Part shown: positions 1 to 9,395 of the stretch, one piece after another | Layout: every line of letters starts with the position of its first letter | Position numbering within the stretch: position 1 is the stretch's first letter | Origin: a virus | Taxonomy: Duplodnaviria; Heunggongvirae; Uroviricota; Caudoviricetes | Reading direction: 5' to 3' (one strand) | Length of the DNA stretch: 64,000 nt | IMG/VR virus record: IMGVR_UViG_3300008262_000042 | Span: 64,803 to 128,802 of that record | Program-made: the position numbers and the translations under genes | The notes under the pieces: model-generated | Seen by the model: the letters and a program-made list of their open reading frames with translations, nothing else | The model's database searches: none | What the model was told of the DNA's origin: nothing

Positions 1-1396
1 AGTTATCGTAATTAGTTGCTTCACTTACTACTTCACTAACATTTTTTGCATATCCTACTAGATCGATTACAGCGATATTATCTCCTCTTTCTTGTGCTAA
101 AGCAACAATGCTTGCAATTTGAGAAGGCGCATTTTGACTTGTTAGACCAGGTGCAAATATTACATTAAATCTGTAAGCATCTTTATTTTCTAAAAGACTA
201 ATTGCAACGTTATAGTCTGATCTTAATAGACCTTGAATATTGTTAGCAGCGATGTCTGTAGATACAGATGGAATGCTTTCGAAAAGATTTAAAGGCGCTT
301 GATTATAGCAACCATATAAAGCTCCAACAGCTCCACTGAATGATCCATTTACTGAACCTGAACCTACCATAGGTAGATAATTAAAGTATTCAGATTTAGG
401 TTGACCAGTTGAATCGAAGTAATTAGGTGTTGAGTAGTTAACTTGTTTTACTCTAACATACTTACTTTTAACAGGATAGTTACCTGTAGTTTGTAGATAG
501 TAATCTCCGTTTTCATCTGCAACTGCAGTTTCAACTTGATCACCTATTACGTATGCGATATAGTTACTTTGATTTGGATCTAATGATAAGTTAGTCCAAG
601 TTTCTAATATTGTTTTGTTGTTTGTGTAATCATCTCCTCTACGAACGATTAAGCTAAATAATCCAGATCCAGAGTTTGACGATACTACTTCCCATCTTAC
701 GTTTGCGTTAGATCCACTTGGAAGAGCGCCGTTTGTTACAGTTCCACCAGAGTTATTCATTACTTCACCTACAGATATTGTTTCAAGAACAAAAGATGCT
801 GCGTCTGTACCTCCAGAGAAGTTAACTGTAGTGCTTCCTGAAGTATAGAAGTAAGAATTTGCTACTGCTCCTTTTACTGTAGTAACAAAAGTTACATTTG
901 GCGTACTAAATGCAGATGCTGAAATACCTGTAACAGCATTAATAGAACTTGTAGCTCTATTGTAAACGTCTTGAGGTGTAGATCCAGAAAGAGTTATTGA
1001 TGTTCCATTTAAGTTAAGAACATAAGATGCTGCGGCTGCATTAGTTAGATTTAACGTTGCAGATGCAGTTGTACTAAGGAAAGATGGTACTGATGCCGTT
1101 GCTGATGTATATGAACCAGATGCTACTCTAGTAACTATTAAAGAGTCTCCTCCTTGTTCAAAATAGTTTACAGCTGCTAAACTTGTTAAGTACTCATAGT
1201 TTGATCCACCTGATACAAATGAAGCTCCGAATATAGCTTTATAATCTGAATACGAAGTAACAACTGTAGGTTTATTTACTTGTCCTATTACAGTTGGTCC
1301 TACTAATGCGGCTCCTACTTGTACTGGTCCTTGGGTTATTGGTGATAGATCGTTTTCTTGTGAAAAAACGCCTGGGGAAATTAACACTTCACTCAT
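1..1396 (-). CDS. gp18: Tail sheath protein (partial, runs off window start)
   Basis: Not in the ORF track. Manual translation from the ATG at 1396 gives MSEVLISPGVFSQENDLSPITQGPVQVGAALVGPTVIGQVNKPTVVTSYSDYKAIFG, the typical sheath N-terminus (SPGV..E.D; A.VGPT..G....P..VTSYS). Confidence 0.9.
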   Translation of the reverse strand, partial: MSEVLISPGVFSQENDLSPITQGPVQVGAALVGPTVIGQVNKPTVVTSYSDYKAIFGASFVSGGSNYEYLTSLAAVNYFEQGGDSLIVTRVASGSYTSATASVPSFLSTTASATLNLTNAAAASYVLNLNGTSITLSGSTPQDVYNRATSSINAVTGISASAFSTPNVTFVTTVKGAVANSYFYTSGSTTVNFSGGTDAASFVLETISVGEVMNNSGGTVTNGALPSGSNANVRWEVVSSNSGSGLFSLIVRRGDDYTNNKTILETWTNLSLDPNQSNYIAYVIGDQVETAVADENGDYYLQTTGNYPVKSKYVRVKQVNYSTPNYFDSTGQPKSEYFNYLPMVGSGSVNGSFSGAVGALYGCYNQAPLNLFESIPSVSTDIAANNIQGLLRSDYNVAISLLENKDAYRFNVIFAPGLTSQNAPSQIASIVALAQERGDNIAVIDLVGYAKNVSEVVSEATNYDN

Positions 1397-1418
1397 TATA
1401 TATTAGTTTTATCTATCA

Positions 1419-1426
1419 ATAAATAT
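1419..1426 (-). promoter_or_regulatory. ATATTTAT upstream motif (candidate late promoter) for tail sheath; representative copy
   Basis: The same 8-mer lies on the coding strand upstream of starts at 2079, 12296, 16271, 21764, 22542, 25407, 27615, 29478, 33846, 37275, 41472, 45217 (minus) and 52146, 55773 (plus). Confidence 0.65.
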
Positions 1427-1444
1427 GCAAGATTGCATCAAAAT

Positions 1445-1693
1445 CTATTTAGTAAACTCCCCAGTCTCTACATTTATTGAAATAGTTCCGTACTTATCAG
1501 TTAGCTCTTTTAGTAAATCTTGCTCTTTTTGTTTTGTTTCTATTGCAGATTTTTTAAGCTGATCTACTTGGTTTTGTATAATGATTTTTTGGTATTCTAA
1601 CTCTCCTAGTGCGCTTACTATTTCTATAGTATCTTTTTGTAATAGTTGTAGTCTACCTAGTTCAGATTCAGTTAACTTAGTTGTTTCTGACAT
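1445..1693 (-). CDS. Small coiled-coil protein upstream of tail sheath
   Basis: 82 aa with heptad pattern, ending KYGTISINVETGEFTK; function unknown. Confidence 0.75.
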   Translation of the reverse strand: MSETTKLTESELGRLQLLQKDTIEIVSALGELEYQKIIIQNQVDQLKKSAIETKQKEQDLLKELTDKYGTISINVETGEFTK

Positions 1694-1694
1694 A

Positions 1695-2036
1695 TTATTT
1701 TGTACTTTTTGGTGTAACTTTTTTCTTTTTTGCTTTTGTTGTAGCTTTCTTTGCAGCTTTTTTAGTAGTAGTTGTCTTATTTTCTACTAATGGTATTAAT
1801 ACTTCTGCTGCTTTAGTTTCTTCAATAGGCTTTTCTTCTATTAAAGGTTCTAATAACTTAATAGCTTCATTTTCAGATGATAGTGGTTTTTCTTCTAACT
1901 CTGGATAATAAAACTCGTCTGGGATATTGTTAGTTGGTTCTTTAGGGTCTTCGATATTTACAAAGGGTCTTTGTTTGATTTGCCAAACGATAGCCGCAGC
2001 TATAAAAACGAAGATACCAATTAAAACATAATCCAT
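1695..2036 (-). CDS. Membrane-anchored protein with Lys/Ala-rich tail
   Basis: N-terminal hydrophobic helix (YVLIGIFVFIAAAIVW), acidic/Pro linker, basic tail KKAAKKATTKAKKKK. Confidence 0.7.
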   Translation of the reverse strand: MDYVLIGIFVFIAAAIVWQIKQRPFVNIEDPKEPTNNIPDEFYYPELEEKPLSSENEAIKLLEPLIEEKPIEETKAAEVLIPLVENKTTTTKKAAKKATTKAKKKKVTPKSTK

Positions 2037-2106
2037 AATTTTTCTTTTTTAATTTTATTAATGTATAAATCTACAATTATAAATATACGCATTTTTTAAA
2101 AAACAC

Positions 2107-3012
2107 CTATTTTATAATATTTTTTATAACTAATGAATCATTTTGAATGCTATTACATCCAAAGGAGTTAGGTCCAATCCACCAAATACCCTCTCTTGTA
2201 TATGATACGCCCATAATTGGAGCTATTGTTCCAGAGCCCGGATTGTACTCAGACTTGAATGCACAAGCAGTATCATATAATGCTTGATGATATAGTCCTA
2301 TAGTATGTCCTGATTCGTGGCTTATAGCTTCTCCTATCTTTTTTTGACTATATCCAAGCAACTTGCTGAATACAAAAGCAGGCACATCAACTCCCCATTT
2401 TATTGATTCTACGTATGCAACACCACCTGCTTGATTAGAGTACCACGAATTGTTTTCTGTTACAATTATTCTTTGTCTTCTTAGCGGACTTGCATTGTTG
2501 TATACAGTGGAATCGGTTGTTATTGTTATATTGAAAAATTTGAAGTCTTTTTGTACTTCTAGTAATATATTTGCTATTTCAGTTGAACTAAGACCTGATG
2601 GTGTACAATAAAAATAATTTCCTCCATACCAATAGGGTGTTTGTACATTAGCACCATCAAAATCTATAAATAATGTCCAAGTTCCTGTTATTACTGTTGA
2701 TGGGAATGGACTTGAATCACATGCGTCTCCAATACCGTCTTTATCGCTATCTTTTTGATCTGGATTGAAAACTCTTGGGCAGTTGTCTTTTGTATTTGCT
2801 ATACCGTCTCTATCTCTGTCTGCTGATATTCTACCTTTTACATACTCAGGTAATATTTCATCTTGCCTACTTGTGTAGTTGTAGTTCCCTTTTTCAAAAT
2901 CACATATTTGGATTTCTCGATTTGGTTTTTGATTTTCCTCTATTAATGCAGGCGTTTTTTTGCAAGTAGCAAACAGTGTTATTGCGACAATAGTAAGAAT
3001 CAAATATCTCAT
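2107..3012 (-). CDS. Lipoprotein metzincin protease with thrombospondin type-3 repeats
   Basis: Lipoprotein signal ending LFATC-KK; [32 protein letters not shown] (TSP3); [11 protein letters not shown] (HExxHxxGxxH); Met-turn APIMG. Confidence 0.8.
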   Translation of the reverse strand: MRYLILTIVAITLFATCKKTPALIEENQKPNREIQICDFEKGNYNYTSRQDEILPEYVKGRISADRDRDGIANTKDNCPRVFNPDQKDSDKDGIGDACDSSPFPSTVITGTWTLFIDFDGANVQTPYWYGGNYFYCTPSGLSSTEIANILLEVQKDFKFFNITITTDSTVYNNASPLRRQRIIVTENNSWYSNQAGGVAYVESIKWGVDVPAFVFSKLLGYSQKKIGEAISHESGHTIGLYHQALYDTACAFKSEYNPGSGTIAPIMGVSYTREGIWWIGPNSFGCNSIQNDSLVIKNIIK

Positions 3013-3455
3013 AGTCCTAGAAATTTAATTATTTTTTGTGTAATTTTATACCAAACCCACCATCCAATAGCTCTAACAACAAAGTATCTAACGTAGTTAT
3101 CAAGCTTATTTGAGTTTGTTATGTTGGTCCAAAAAAGCATCTCTTTGTCTACTTGCTTTCTTGTCATATTGTGATCTCTTATAACGTATAGCCTATCATG
3201 TACTAGATAACCAAATAAACCGTCATTAAAAGGTCTTACTATGCTCCACAGCCACTTTGGTACAGTTGACATATCATAAACAAATCCTCTTGGTATTGTG
3301 TATCTTCTTCCTGTACTTAGTGTTACACAGATCGGTTCTGTGATCTTCCAATACTTCTCACTCTTATCTGAGTATACATATGATTGATGTATTAGATCAT
3401 CAGATAATAGCTGCTCTACTACGTTATCTTTTGTTATGAAGTTTGTTCGTTTCAT
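3009..3455 (-). CDS. DUF1353-like phage protein
   Basis: [15 protein letters not shown]...[15 protein letters not shown] pattern recalled as DUF1353 (VP.GF.TD.AS.P / HD.LY). Confidence 0.7.
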   Translation of the reverse strand: MKRTNFITKDNVVEQLLSDDLIHQSYVYSDKSEKYWKITEPICVTLSTGRRYTIPRGFVYDMSTVPKWLWSIVRPFNDGLFGYLVHDRLYVIRDHNMTRKQVDKEMLFWTNITNSNKLDNYVRYFVVRAIGWWVWYKITQKIIKFLGL

Positions 3456-5287
3456 TTCTTGAATGCTGTTAATAAATATCCGACTATATCTACTGTTGAT
3501 ATGTTTCTTAAACGCTGTGCAAACGGGTCTGTACTTGTTTGGATTTCGTTTGATAGTGATTCCATGCTTAGGATAGCTGACCCAGTTGTATTGTCTATTA
3601 ATACACCGCTTCTAACGTCTTGCGGTGAAGCCATTCTTAATGTACCTGTGTTTCCAGAACCAGGACCGTATGTTGTTCCAAATCTAACGTTTGATGCAGA
3701 TGGTAAATTAGGGAATGTATCTACAGAATATAAAGTTCTATCCTGACCCCCAAAGGTAAAGAATCTTGCTTGTGTTGTTGCAGTATTGTCTAAAAATAGA
3801 TTTTGACAGTATATTGCTTGTTTACCGTTTACGTTTACTATGTTGCCTGCTAGGTTTACTACTGCAGATGCGTTTGTAGATGATATACCGTTTGCTGTAG
3901 CTGATGCTATTACAGAGCCGGATACATTTATGAATATGGCTGATGTGGATGAGATTGCGGCTGCAGCGCCTTGTGCTACTACTGAGCCTGATACTATAAC
4001 TGGGGCTGTTGTGCTAATACCTGCTGCTGCTGAGCCTGATACATCACCTACTATAAAGATTGGTGCTGTAGAGTCTATAGCAACAGATGTTGTTCCACCT
4101 ATCACATTTCCATTCACCCTCATACTAGTGCCAGAGAAAAGAACTCCTTGTATATCACTACGTATTTGTCCACCGGTTATATTACCAGTTATTGTTAATA
4201 TTCCTGCAGTTTGTGATATCCCCCTATTACCACCTCCACTAGCATTAGAACCACCTATTACATTGCCTATAACAATAGTGTTACCATTATTAGATGTAAA
4301 CGCTTCATTACTTGCAATACCTCCATTCTGTTGTGTACCTCCGTTTAGATTTCCAATTATCGTAATGGTACCTGATGATGTTTTTGATATACATTTTGTT
4401 GTGGACGCTACAGTACTTCCTCCTAATCCATTAAAATTACTTCCGGTTATATTAAAATTACAATTACCTGAGTGGAGTATTAATACGTCGCCATTTGATG
4501 CTCTTGGCGTAACAGCTCCACCTAGGGATAATGAGACACTTCCCGTAGTAGCTGTTACTGTTATTAAGTTAGTTGCACCTGCTGATAGCGGTGTTGCTGA
4601 TGTTACGCTACCTGATATGCTACCACTGTTAAAGTTGAATGAGCCTCCTGCTGATATGGCTATTTTGCTAGCTTCCCATAAAGCTAATTCAGCAAGCTGT
4701 ACCCAAACCATACTATTAGTTGCTGTTATGTTTAATCTATAATACCTATAGGCTGTTGTATTTGATAATATAGATGAGTTATAAACAGCATTTGAACCTA
4801 TACCTGTACCCAATGTTACGCTGTCTAAAGTAGTCCATGTAGAACCATCATTACTTCCATCAAACGTCCATACTCTAGGATTTCTATTACCGTCTGATGT
4901 TCCGTAAATGCTATATGCTTTTATTATTCTCGCATCAGCTGCTGAAAAATCAAATGTTAATGTTGCAACTCCGCTTGCTGCACTTGAAGTTCCCCAAAAA
5001 TCTGAAATAACTCTATTGAAAGCTAACCATGCCGCCCCTCCTACTTCGTTTGTGGCAGATGCTGCATAGGGGCTTGGTGTTGAATTACTCGTCATTTGTG
5101 GTGTAGCTACAGCGCTTAGTGAAAAAATATTGTTTAAACTAGTCACTACAGTACTAACATCCATGTTTACAGTAAAACCATTCGTAAATACGTCATCCGA
5201 CCCAGTCGGTATGCCTAATATAGCACCATCGTTCCATGTTGATGTACTACTAAAATTACCACTTGCTACTGCCCATCTTACTGCCAT
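3452..5287 (-). CDS. Tail fibre/adhesin paralogue 1 with F5/8-type-C (discoidin)-like domain
   Basis: 611 aa. N-cap MAVRWAVASGN..STWN, discoidin motif (PRVWTFDGSNDGSTWTTLD...YRYYRLNIT), Gly-rich I.GN..GG repeats, conserved C-terminus. Confidence 0.75.
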   Translation of the reverse strand: MAVRWAVASGNFSSTSTWNDGAILGIPTGSDDVFTNGFTVNMDVSTVVTSLNNIFSLSAVATPQMTSNSTPSPYAASATNEVGGAAWLAFNRVISDFWGTSSAASGVATLTFDFSAADARIIKAYSIYGTSDGNRNPRVWTFDGSNDGSTWTTLDSVTLGTGIGSNAVYNSSILSNTTAYRYYRLNITATNSMVWVQLAELALWEASKIAISAGGSFNFNSGSISGSVTSATPLSAGATNLITVTATTGSVSLSLGGAVTPRASNGDVLILHSGNCNFNITGSNFNGLGGSTVASTTKCISKTSSGTITIIGNLNGGTQQNGGIASNEAFTSNNGNTIVIGNVIGGSNASGGGNRGISQTAGILTITGNITGGQIRSDIQGVLFSGTSMRVNGNVIGGTTSVAIDSTAPIFIVGDVSGSAAAGISTTAPVIVSGSVVAQGAAAAISSTSAIFINVSGSVIASATANGISSTNASAVVNLAGNIVNVNGKQAIYCQNLFLDNTATTQARFFTFGGQDRTLYSVDTFPNLPSASNVRFGTTYGPGSGNTGTLRMASPQDVRSGVLIDNTTGSAILSMESLSNEIQTSTDPFAQRLRNISTVDIVGYLLTAFKK

Positions 5288-5290
5288 ACC

Positions 5291-5674
5291 TTAAAATCCT
5301 CCATTATTAAATCCGGTTAACAATGAGCCAACGGTATCAACCGTAGCTACGTTTCTTAATCTTTGTGCATACGGATCAGCACTAGCGCTTATTGCAGCTA
5401 GGAAATCAGCTGCCGTTAGTGATTGTCCTGTTCCAACTGTGTTGTCTGTTAATACATTTACCCTCACATCGGATGGTGATGGTACAACCATGCTACCTGA
5501 GAGTACGTTTGATGGGCCGAATAGGCTACCGCTTCTAACGTTTGCCGGTGTTGGTTGGTTGGGGAATGTATCTGCAGAGTATAATGTTTTATCTTGACCG
5601 CCTGGTGTGAATAGGCGCCATTGTGTTGTTGCTGTGTCTGAGATGAATAGGTTTTGTGCGAAGATGTATCCCAC
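5291..5674 (-). pseudogene. C-terminal fragment of frameshifted fibre paralogue 2
   Basis: 127 aa (GTG start) aligning to the C-terminus of 3452..5287 (QNLFISDTATTQ..TLYSADTFP vs QNLFLDNTATTQ..TLYSVDTFP). Confidence 0.75.
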
Positions 5675-7127
5675 CGATTGTTGATGATGCTACTACTGTA
5701 CCAGTGACTGTGAATGTTAAGCTAGGCGTACTAGTACTAATTGTTGCACCCGCACCTATTGATCCCCCGGTAACATTACCTATTATGGTAGCGTTATTGT
5801 TCGTTACAAGTCCACCTCCTGCGCTTCCAACTACATTTCCGGTTATACTCACTATGCCTGTTGCATTAATACCATGAGCACCACTTCCTGCTCCTCCAGT
5901 CACAGTACCTGTTACGCTGCCTGATGTTCCTGTGAAGTTGATGCCGTGTGCACTAGTAGCTGTTCCGCCTGTTATATTACCTATTATTGTGAATTGGGAG
6001 GATGCACCTGTTAGTACTATTGCTGGTTGTGCTTGTGCTGTAACATTTCCTGTTATTGTTACATTTCCGGCTGTTTGATTTATACCGTAACTAAGACCGC
6101 TTATGGTACCGCCTCTAACATTTCCTATCACCACAGTATTTCCATTTGTTGAGTTTAATGCGTGTAGGGTATTCTGGTTACCTCCAGTAGAGCCGATTAA
6201 ATCGCCTATTATTGTTATTGTACCAGTTGATGACTTAGATATACAATTTGTACTTGTTACTGATATTGTGTTAACAGCATTGAATATTGTTCCGTTTAAA
6301 TTAAAATTGCAGTTGCCTGAATGGTTAATTAAATTAGCAACACTAATTGCAGGCGCAGTCACAGCACTTCCCAAACTCAACGTCACAGTACTACCCGTCG
6401 CAGCAGTCACCTGTATTAGGTTAGTTGCACCTGCTGATAGTGCTGCTGTGGTTGATGTTACACTGCCCGATATACTACCGCTGTTGAAGATGAATGAGCC
6501 ACCTGCTGCTAGTGCTGCTGTGCCTCGTTCGTAGAGTTCTATCTCTGCTACAGATGTACTCACGTTTCCACCGTTAGCCGATATGTTCAACCTATAGTAC
6601 CTATAGCCTACTGAGTTACCTATAGACGCTACAGAGTAGTTTCCACTCGCTACAATTGCAGATGCTTGTGTAACAGTGTGTAAGACAGTCCAAGATGAGT
6701 TATCGTTGCTTCCTTCTAATGTCCAGTTTCGAGGATTTTGAACTTGAGTTGAAGAACCGAAAACTGTATAACCGTCTATAACAACAGAACTGCCACTACC
6801 AAAATCCATCGATATCCAGCCTGACATACCTGTACCAAGCGCAGTTGTTGTGGTATTTCTATCAAATGCTTGCCAAGCAGATGCAGCAAAACTTGAAGCA
6901 GCAACATATGGACTGGGTGCTATGTTTGATGTCATTTGCGGTGTAGCAATAGTCCTTGCTCTAGCTGTACTATTCAAACTAATAGCAGTAAATGACTGAT
7001 CAATATTAATGTTATTATTATTTGCCCATATATCATCAGAAGCAGTAGGAAACCCTAACGATCCGCTATCGTTCCATATTGCTAAATTGCTAAAATTACC
7101 TGATGCTACTGCCCATCTTATTGGCAT
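5589..7127 (-). pseudogene. N-terminal part of frameshifted fibre paralogue 2 (discoidin-like domain)
   Basis: 512 aa paralogue of 3452..5287. Homology stops at VVASSTIGGI and is followed by an off-frame tail HLRTKPIHLRH... Confidence 0.7.
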
Positions 7128-7130
7128 ATC

Positions 7131-7436
7131 TTATAATCCTTTACCGTTTATGAAATACTGTATTGCTCCCATTATTTGTGATACTGCTTGTCCTAGCACC
7201 ATATCACCTTCATCGATATCTTTAAACACATCTAGATACACTACGTTCTTAGCTTGATCGTCTAAGAATTCAAAGCCACCACCGTCTGCTGGATCTACTT
7301 CTCTATATGGTGTTAGCTTTAATGCTATTGAACCACCAATATAGTCTTCCACTAGCGGTGAAACAGCTAAGTTTACGCTTAGATATGGATATGTGTGTCC
7401 GTTTTGGTTGATTGGTTGTGTTGATGTTATTGGCAT
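7131..7436 (-). CDS. Hypothetical protein in fibre island (possible fibre chaperone)
   Basis: 101 aa, tightly packed in the operon; no motif recognised. Confidence 0.6.
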   Translation of the reverse strand: MPITSTQPINQNGHTYPYLSVNLAVSPLVEDYIGGSIALKLTPYREVDPADGGGFEFLDDQAKNVVYLDVFKDIDEGDMVLGQAVSQIMGAIQYFINGKGL

Positions 7437-7442
7437 ATAATA

Positions 7443-7724
7443 TTATTTATCTTTTAATCTTGCTTTACCTGTTCCTGATTCTAATAATCCTTCTTCTGAC
7501 CATCTTTCGTAATCTTCTATTTCATCTGGTATGCTGTCTACTATTTTTACATCTTGTCCTCCCATAGCCCAGCTCATTCTTAAAATTGTTTTACCATGTA
7601 CACACTCGTCTAGATTGTACTTAATCATAGAGAAATATTCATAATTCTCATCATAAATATGATACTCGATGCAACTGAATGCCATTGCTCCTCTGCCAGT
7701 TGAAAATTTTGCTTTTAATGCCAT
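7443..7724 (-). CDS. Hypothetical protein in fibre island
   Basis: 93 aa, co-oriented and tightly packed. Confidence 0.55.
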   Translation of the reverse strand: MALKAKFSTGRGAMAFSCIEYHIYDENYEYFSMIKYNLDECVHGKTILRMSWAMGGQDVKIVDSIPDEIEDYERWSEEGLLESGTGKARLKDK

Positions 7725-7744
7725 AATAATTTGTTTTTAGTTTA

Positions 7745-8047
7745 TTATGAATATATGGTAGAATGCCTATTGTCCCAAACAGCATTTGATGCTGATGCTA
7801 CATTCACAGCACCTGACTGCGAAACAAACAAGCGTGTTATGTTCCAAACAGGATCTGATGTTACTGAACCAGTAAACGCTACACCTGCATAAGCGAAGCT
7901 TCCACTTGAATCGTACAGTCTAGTTGGATATATTTTGTTGTCGATGTAGGTACGTGTAGCACGCTGTGATGCTACTAGATAGTCACTATTTGCTGTCATC
8001 TGTGTATCTACATCTACCGCTATTCCTCTTGTTGTTCCTTGTGCCAT
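7745..8047 (-). CDS. Small virion-type protein, paralogue A
   Basis: Shares MAQGT start and YAG.A..G....D.VW.ITRL..S.SG.V..A.A.N..W.NR.S.IYS with 11266..11499. Confidence 0.7.
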   Translation of the reverse strand: MAQGTTRGIAVDVDTQMTANSDYLVASQRATRTYIDNKIYPTRLYDSSGSFAYAGVAFTGSVTSDPVWNITRLFVSQSGAVNVASASNAVWDNRHSTIYS

Positions 8048-8055
8048 AGTTTTTA

Positions 8056-9390
8056 CTATAATAAATATGAAGCTATTTGAGCGCCTGTTGTGCCAGTAGT
8101 TGATACCCTAGCTAGGCGATAACCAATACTCCCTGTTTCTGTCATTTGTGATAAGTCTCTACCCCACACTGCATTTTGCAGTTGTGCTGCAGTTAATACA
8201 GCGCTGCCTGTTGTATTATCTGTTAGTGTACCAGCTATTACTGCTGTTGCAGGCGGCATTTTAAGCGATCCTGATACTGTGCCGTCTGCGTATGTTGTAC
8301 CTTGACGTATGTCTGATGCTGATGGGTAGAATGCTAGGCGCTCTGGTGAATAAAGTATTATGTCGTTGAAATCCCAATATGTGTTTGCATCTGCTGTTAG
8401 TACCATATCTACACATTGAACGGCCATCGTGTTATTTGTGTTGATAAACGGTCCTGTGAAGATGTTTGTTGCTGCAGCGCTAGTTGAAACAACCGCCGGT
8501 GATGCAGAGTTTGCAGTTACACTTCCATTAATTGTTAGTAGCGTGTTAGATATTGAATACACCGATGGTCCTCCAGAACTAGCGGTTACGTTTCCTGTTA
8601 TTACATTGGTAGATGCCGCTGTAAATATTACAATACCTGTTCCTCCAATGATATTTCCATTTACAGTCAATAGTATACCGGCCTGTAAAAATATACTAGC
8701 ATGAAGTGATGTAGAGGTAGCAAAATAAAAGACACCGGGCGCATTAACAGCACCGTTTACGGTTAAATTACCTCCAGTTATTCTAATCATACTACATGAT
8801 CCACCGCTATTAGTAATACCTCCACCTAATATACTATTAATAACACCGTTTATAATAACGTCCCCAGCTGAGGATAGTATTAGATTAATAACAGAGAATC
8901 CTGAAGAGCTATTATTGAGACTTAGATTACCGTTTATTGTTAAAGTGCCGTTACCTGTTTTACTTATCCCAGAGTATCCATTTGAGTTACCACCAACTGT
9001 TGTAAGAGATAAACTAGGCGCTGTAAGTATTACATTACCATTACCTGTAATATTGATATTGATAATACCTACAGTTGTTGAAAATATAATTGGATCTACT
9101 GATATTAAGGTTGCATCACCACTGGCATTTGCAAATATTATTGCATTTGTTGTTCCGAAGGTAACGCTTGTCACATTTCCTATAACACCTGCTGTATTAA
9201 AATTAAATACGCCTCCTATAGTACCACCGCTTCTTTGCGTATTTCTTATTGTAGCAACAGTAAAGCTTTCATCTACGTTCAATGTCTTACCATCAGCATA
9301 CACATCATCTCCAGCAACAGGTTTTGTTCCTCCGTTCCAGTTTGCGGCATTGCTCCAGTTACCGTTTGCTAAAGGCCATTTATCAGGCAT
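8056..9390 (-). CDS. Tail fibre/adhesin paralogue 3 (no discoidin domain)
   Basis: 444 aa. Same N-cap (W.LANGNWSNAANWNGG..P..GDDV) and C-terminal PS.SD.R.G.TYA.G...G.L..P motif, but lacks the W..GSN..W / YYRLN module. Confidence 0.7.
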   Translation of the reverse strand: MPDKWPLANGNWSNAANWNGGTKPVAGDDVYADGKTLNVDESFTVATIRNTQRSGGTIGGVFNFNTAGVIGNVTSVTFGTTNAIIFANASGDATLISVDPIIFSTTVGIININITGNGNVILTAPSLSLTTVGGNSNGYSGISKTGNGTLTINGNLSLNNSSSGFSVINLILSSAGDVIINGVINSILGGGITNSGGSCSMIRITGGNLTVNGAVNAPGVFYFATSTSLHASIFLQAGILLTVNGNIIGGTGIVIFTAASTNVITGNVTASSGGPSVYSISNTLLTINGSVTANSASPAVVSTSAAATNIFTGPFINTNNTMAVQCVDMVLTADANTYWDFNDIILYSPERLAFYPSASDIRQGTTYADGTVSGSLKMPPATAVIAGTLTDNTTGSAVLTAAQLQNAVWGRDLSQMTETGSIGYRLARVSTTGTTGAQIASYLL

Positions 9391-9395
9391 ACTAC

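Noticed and set aside
7131-7724. Two orphan genes as a toxin-antitoxin or defence pair
   Set aside because: No supporting motif; their position between fibre genes fits chaperone or accessory roles better.
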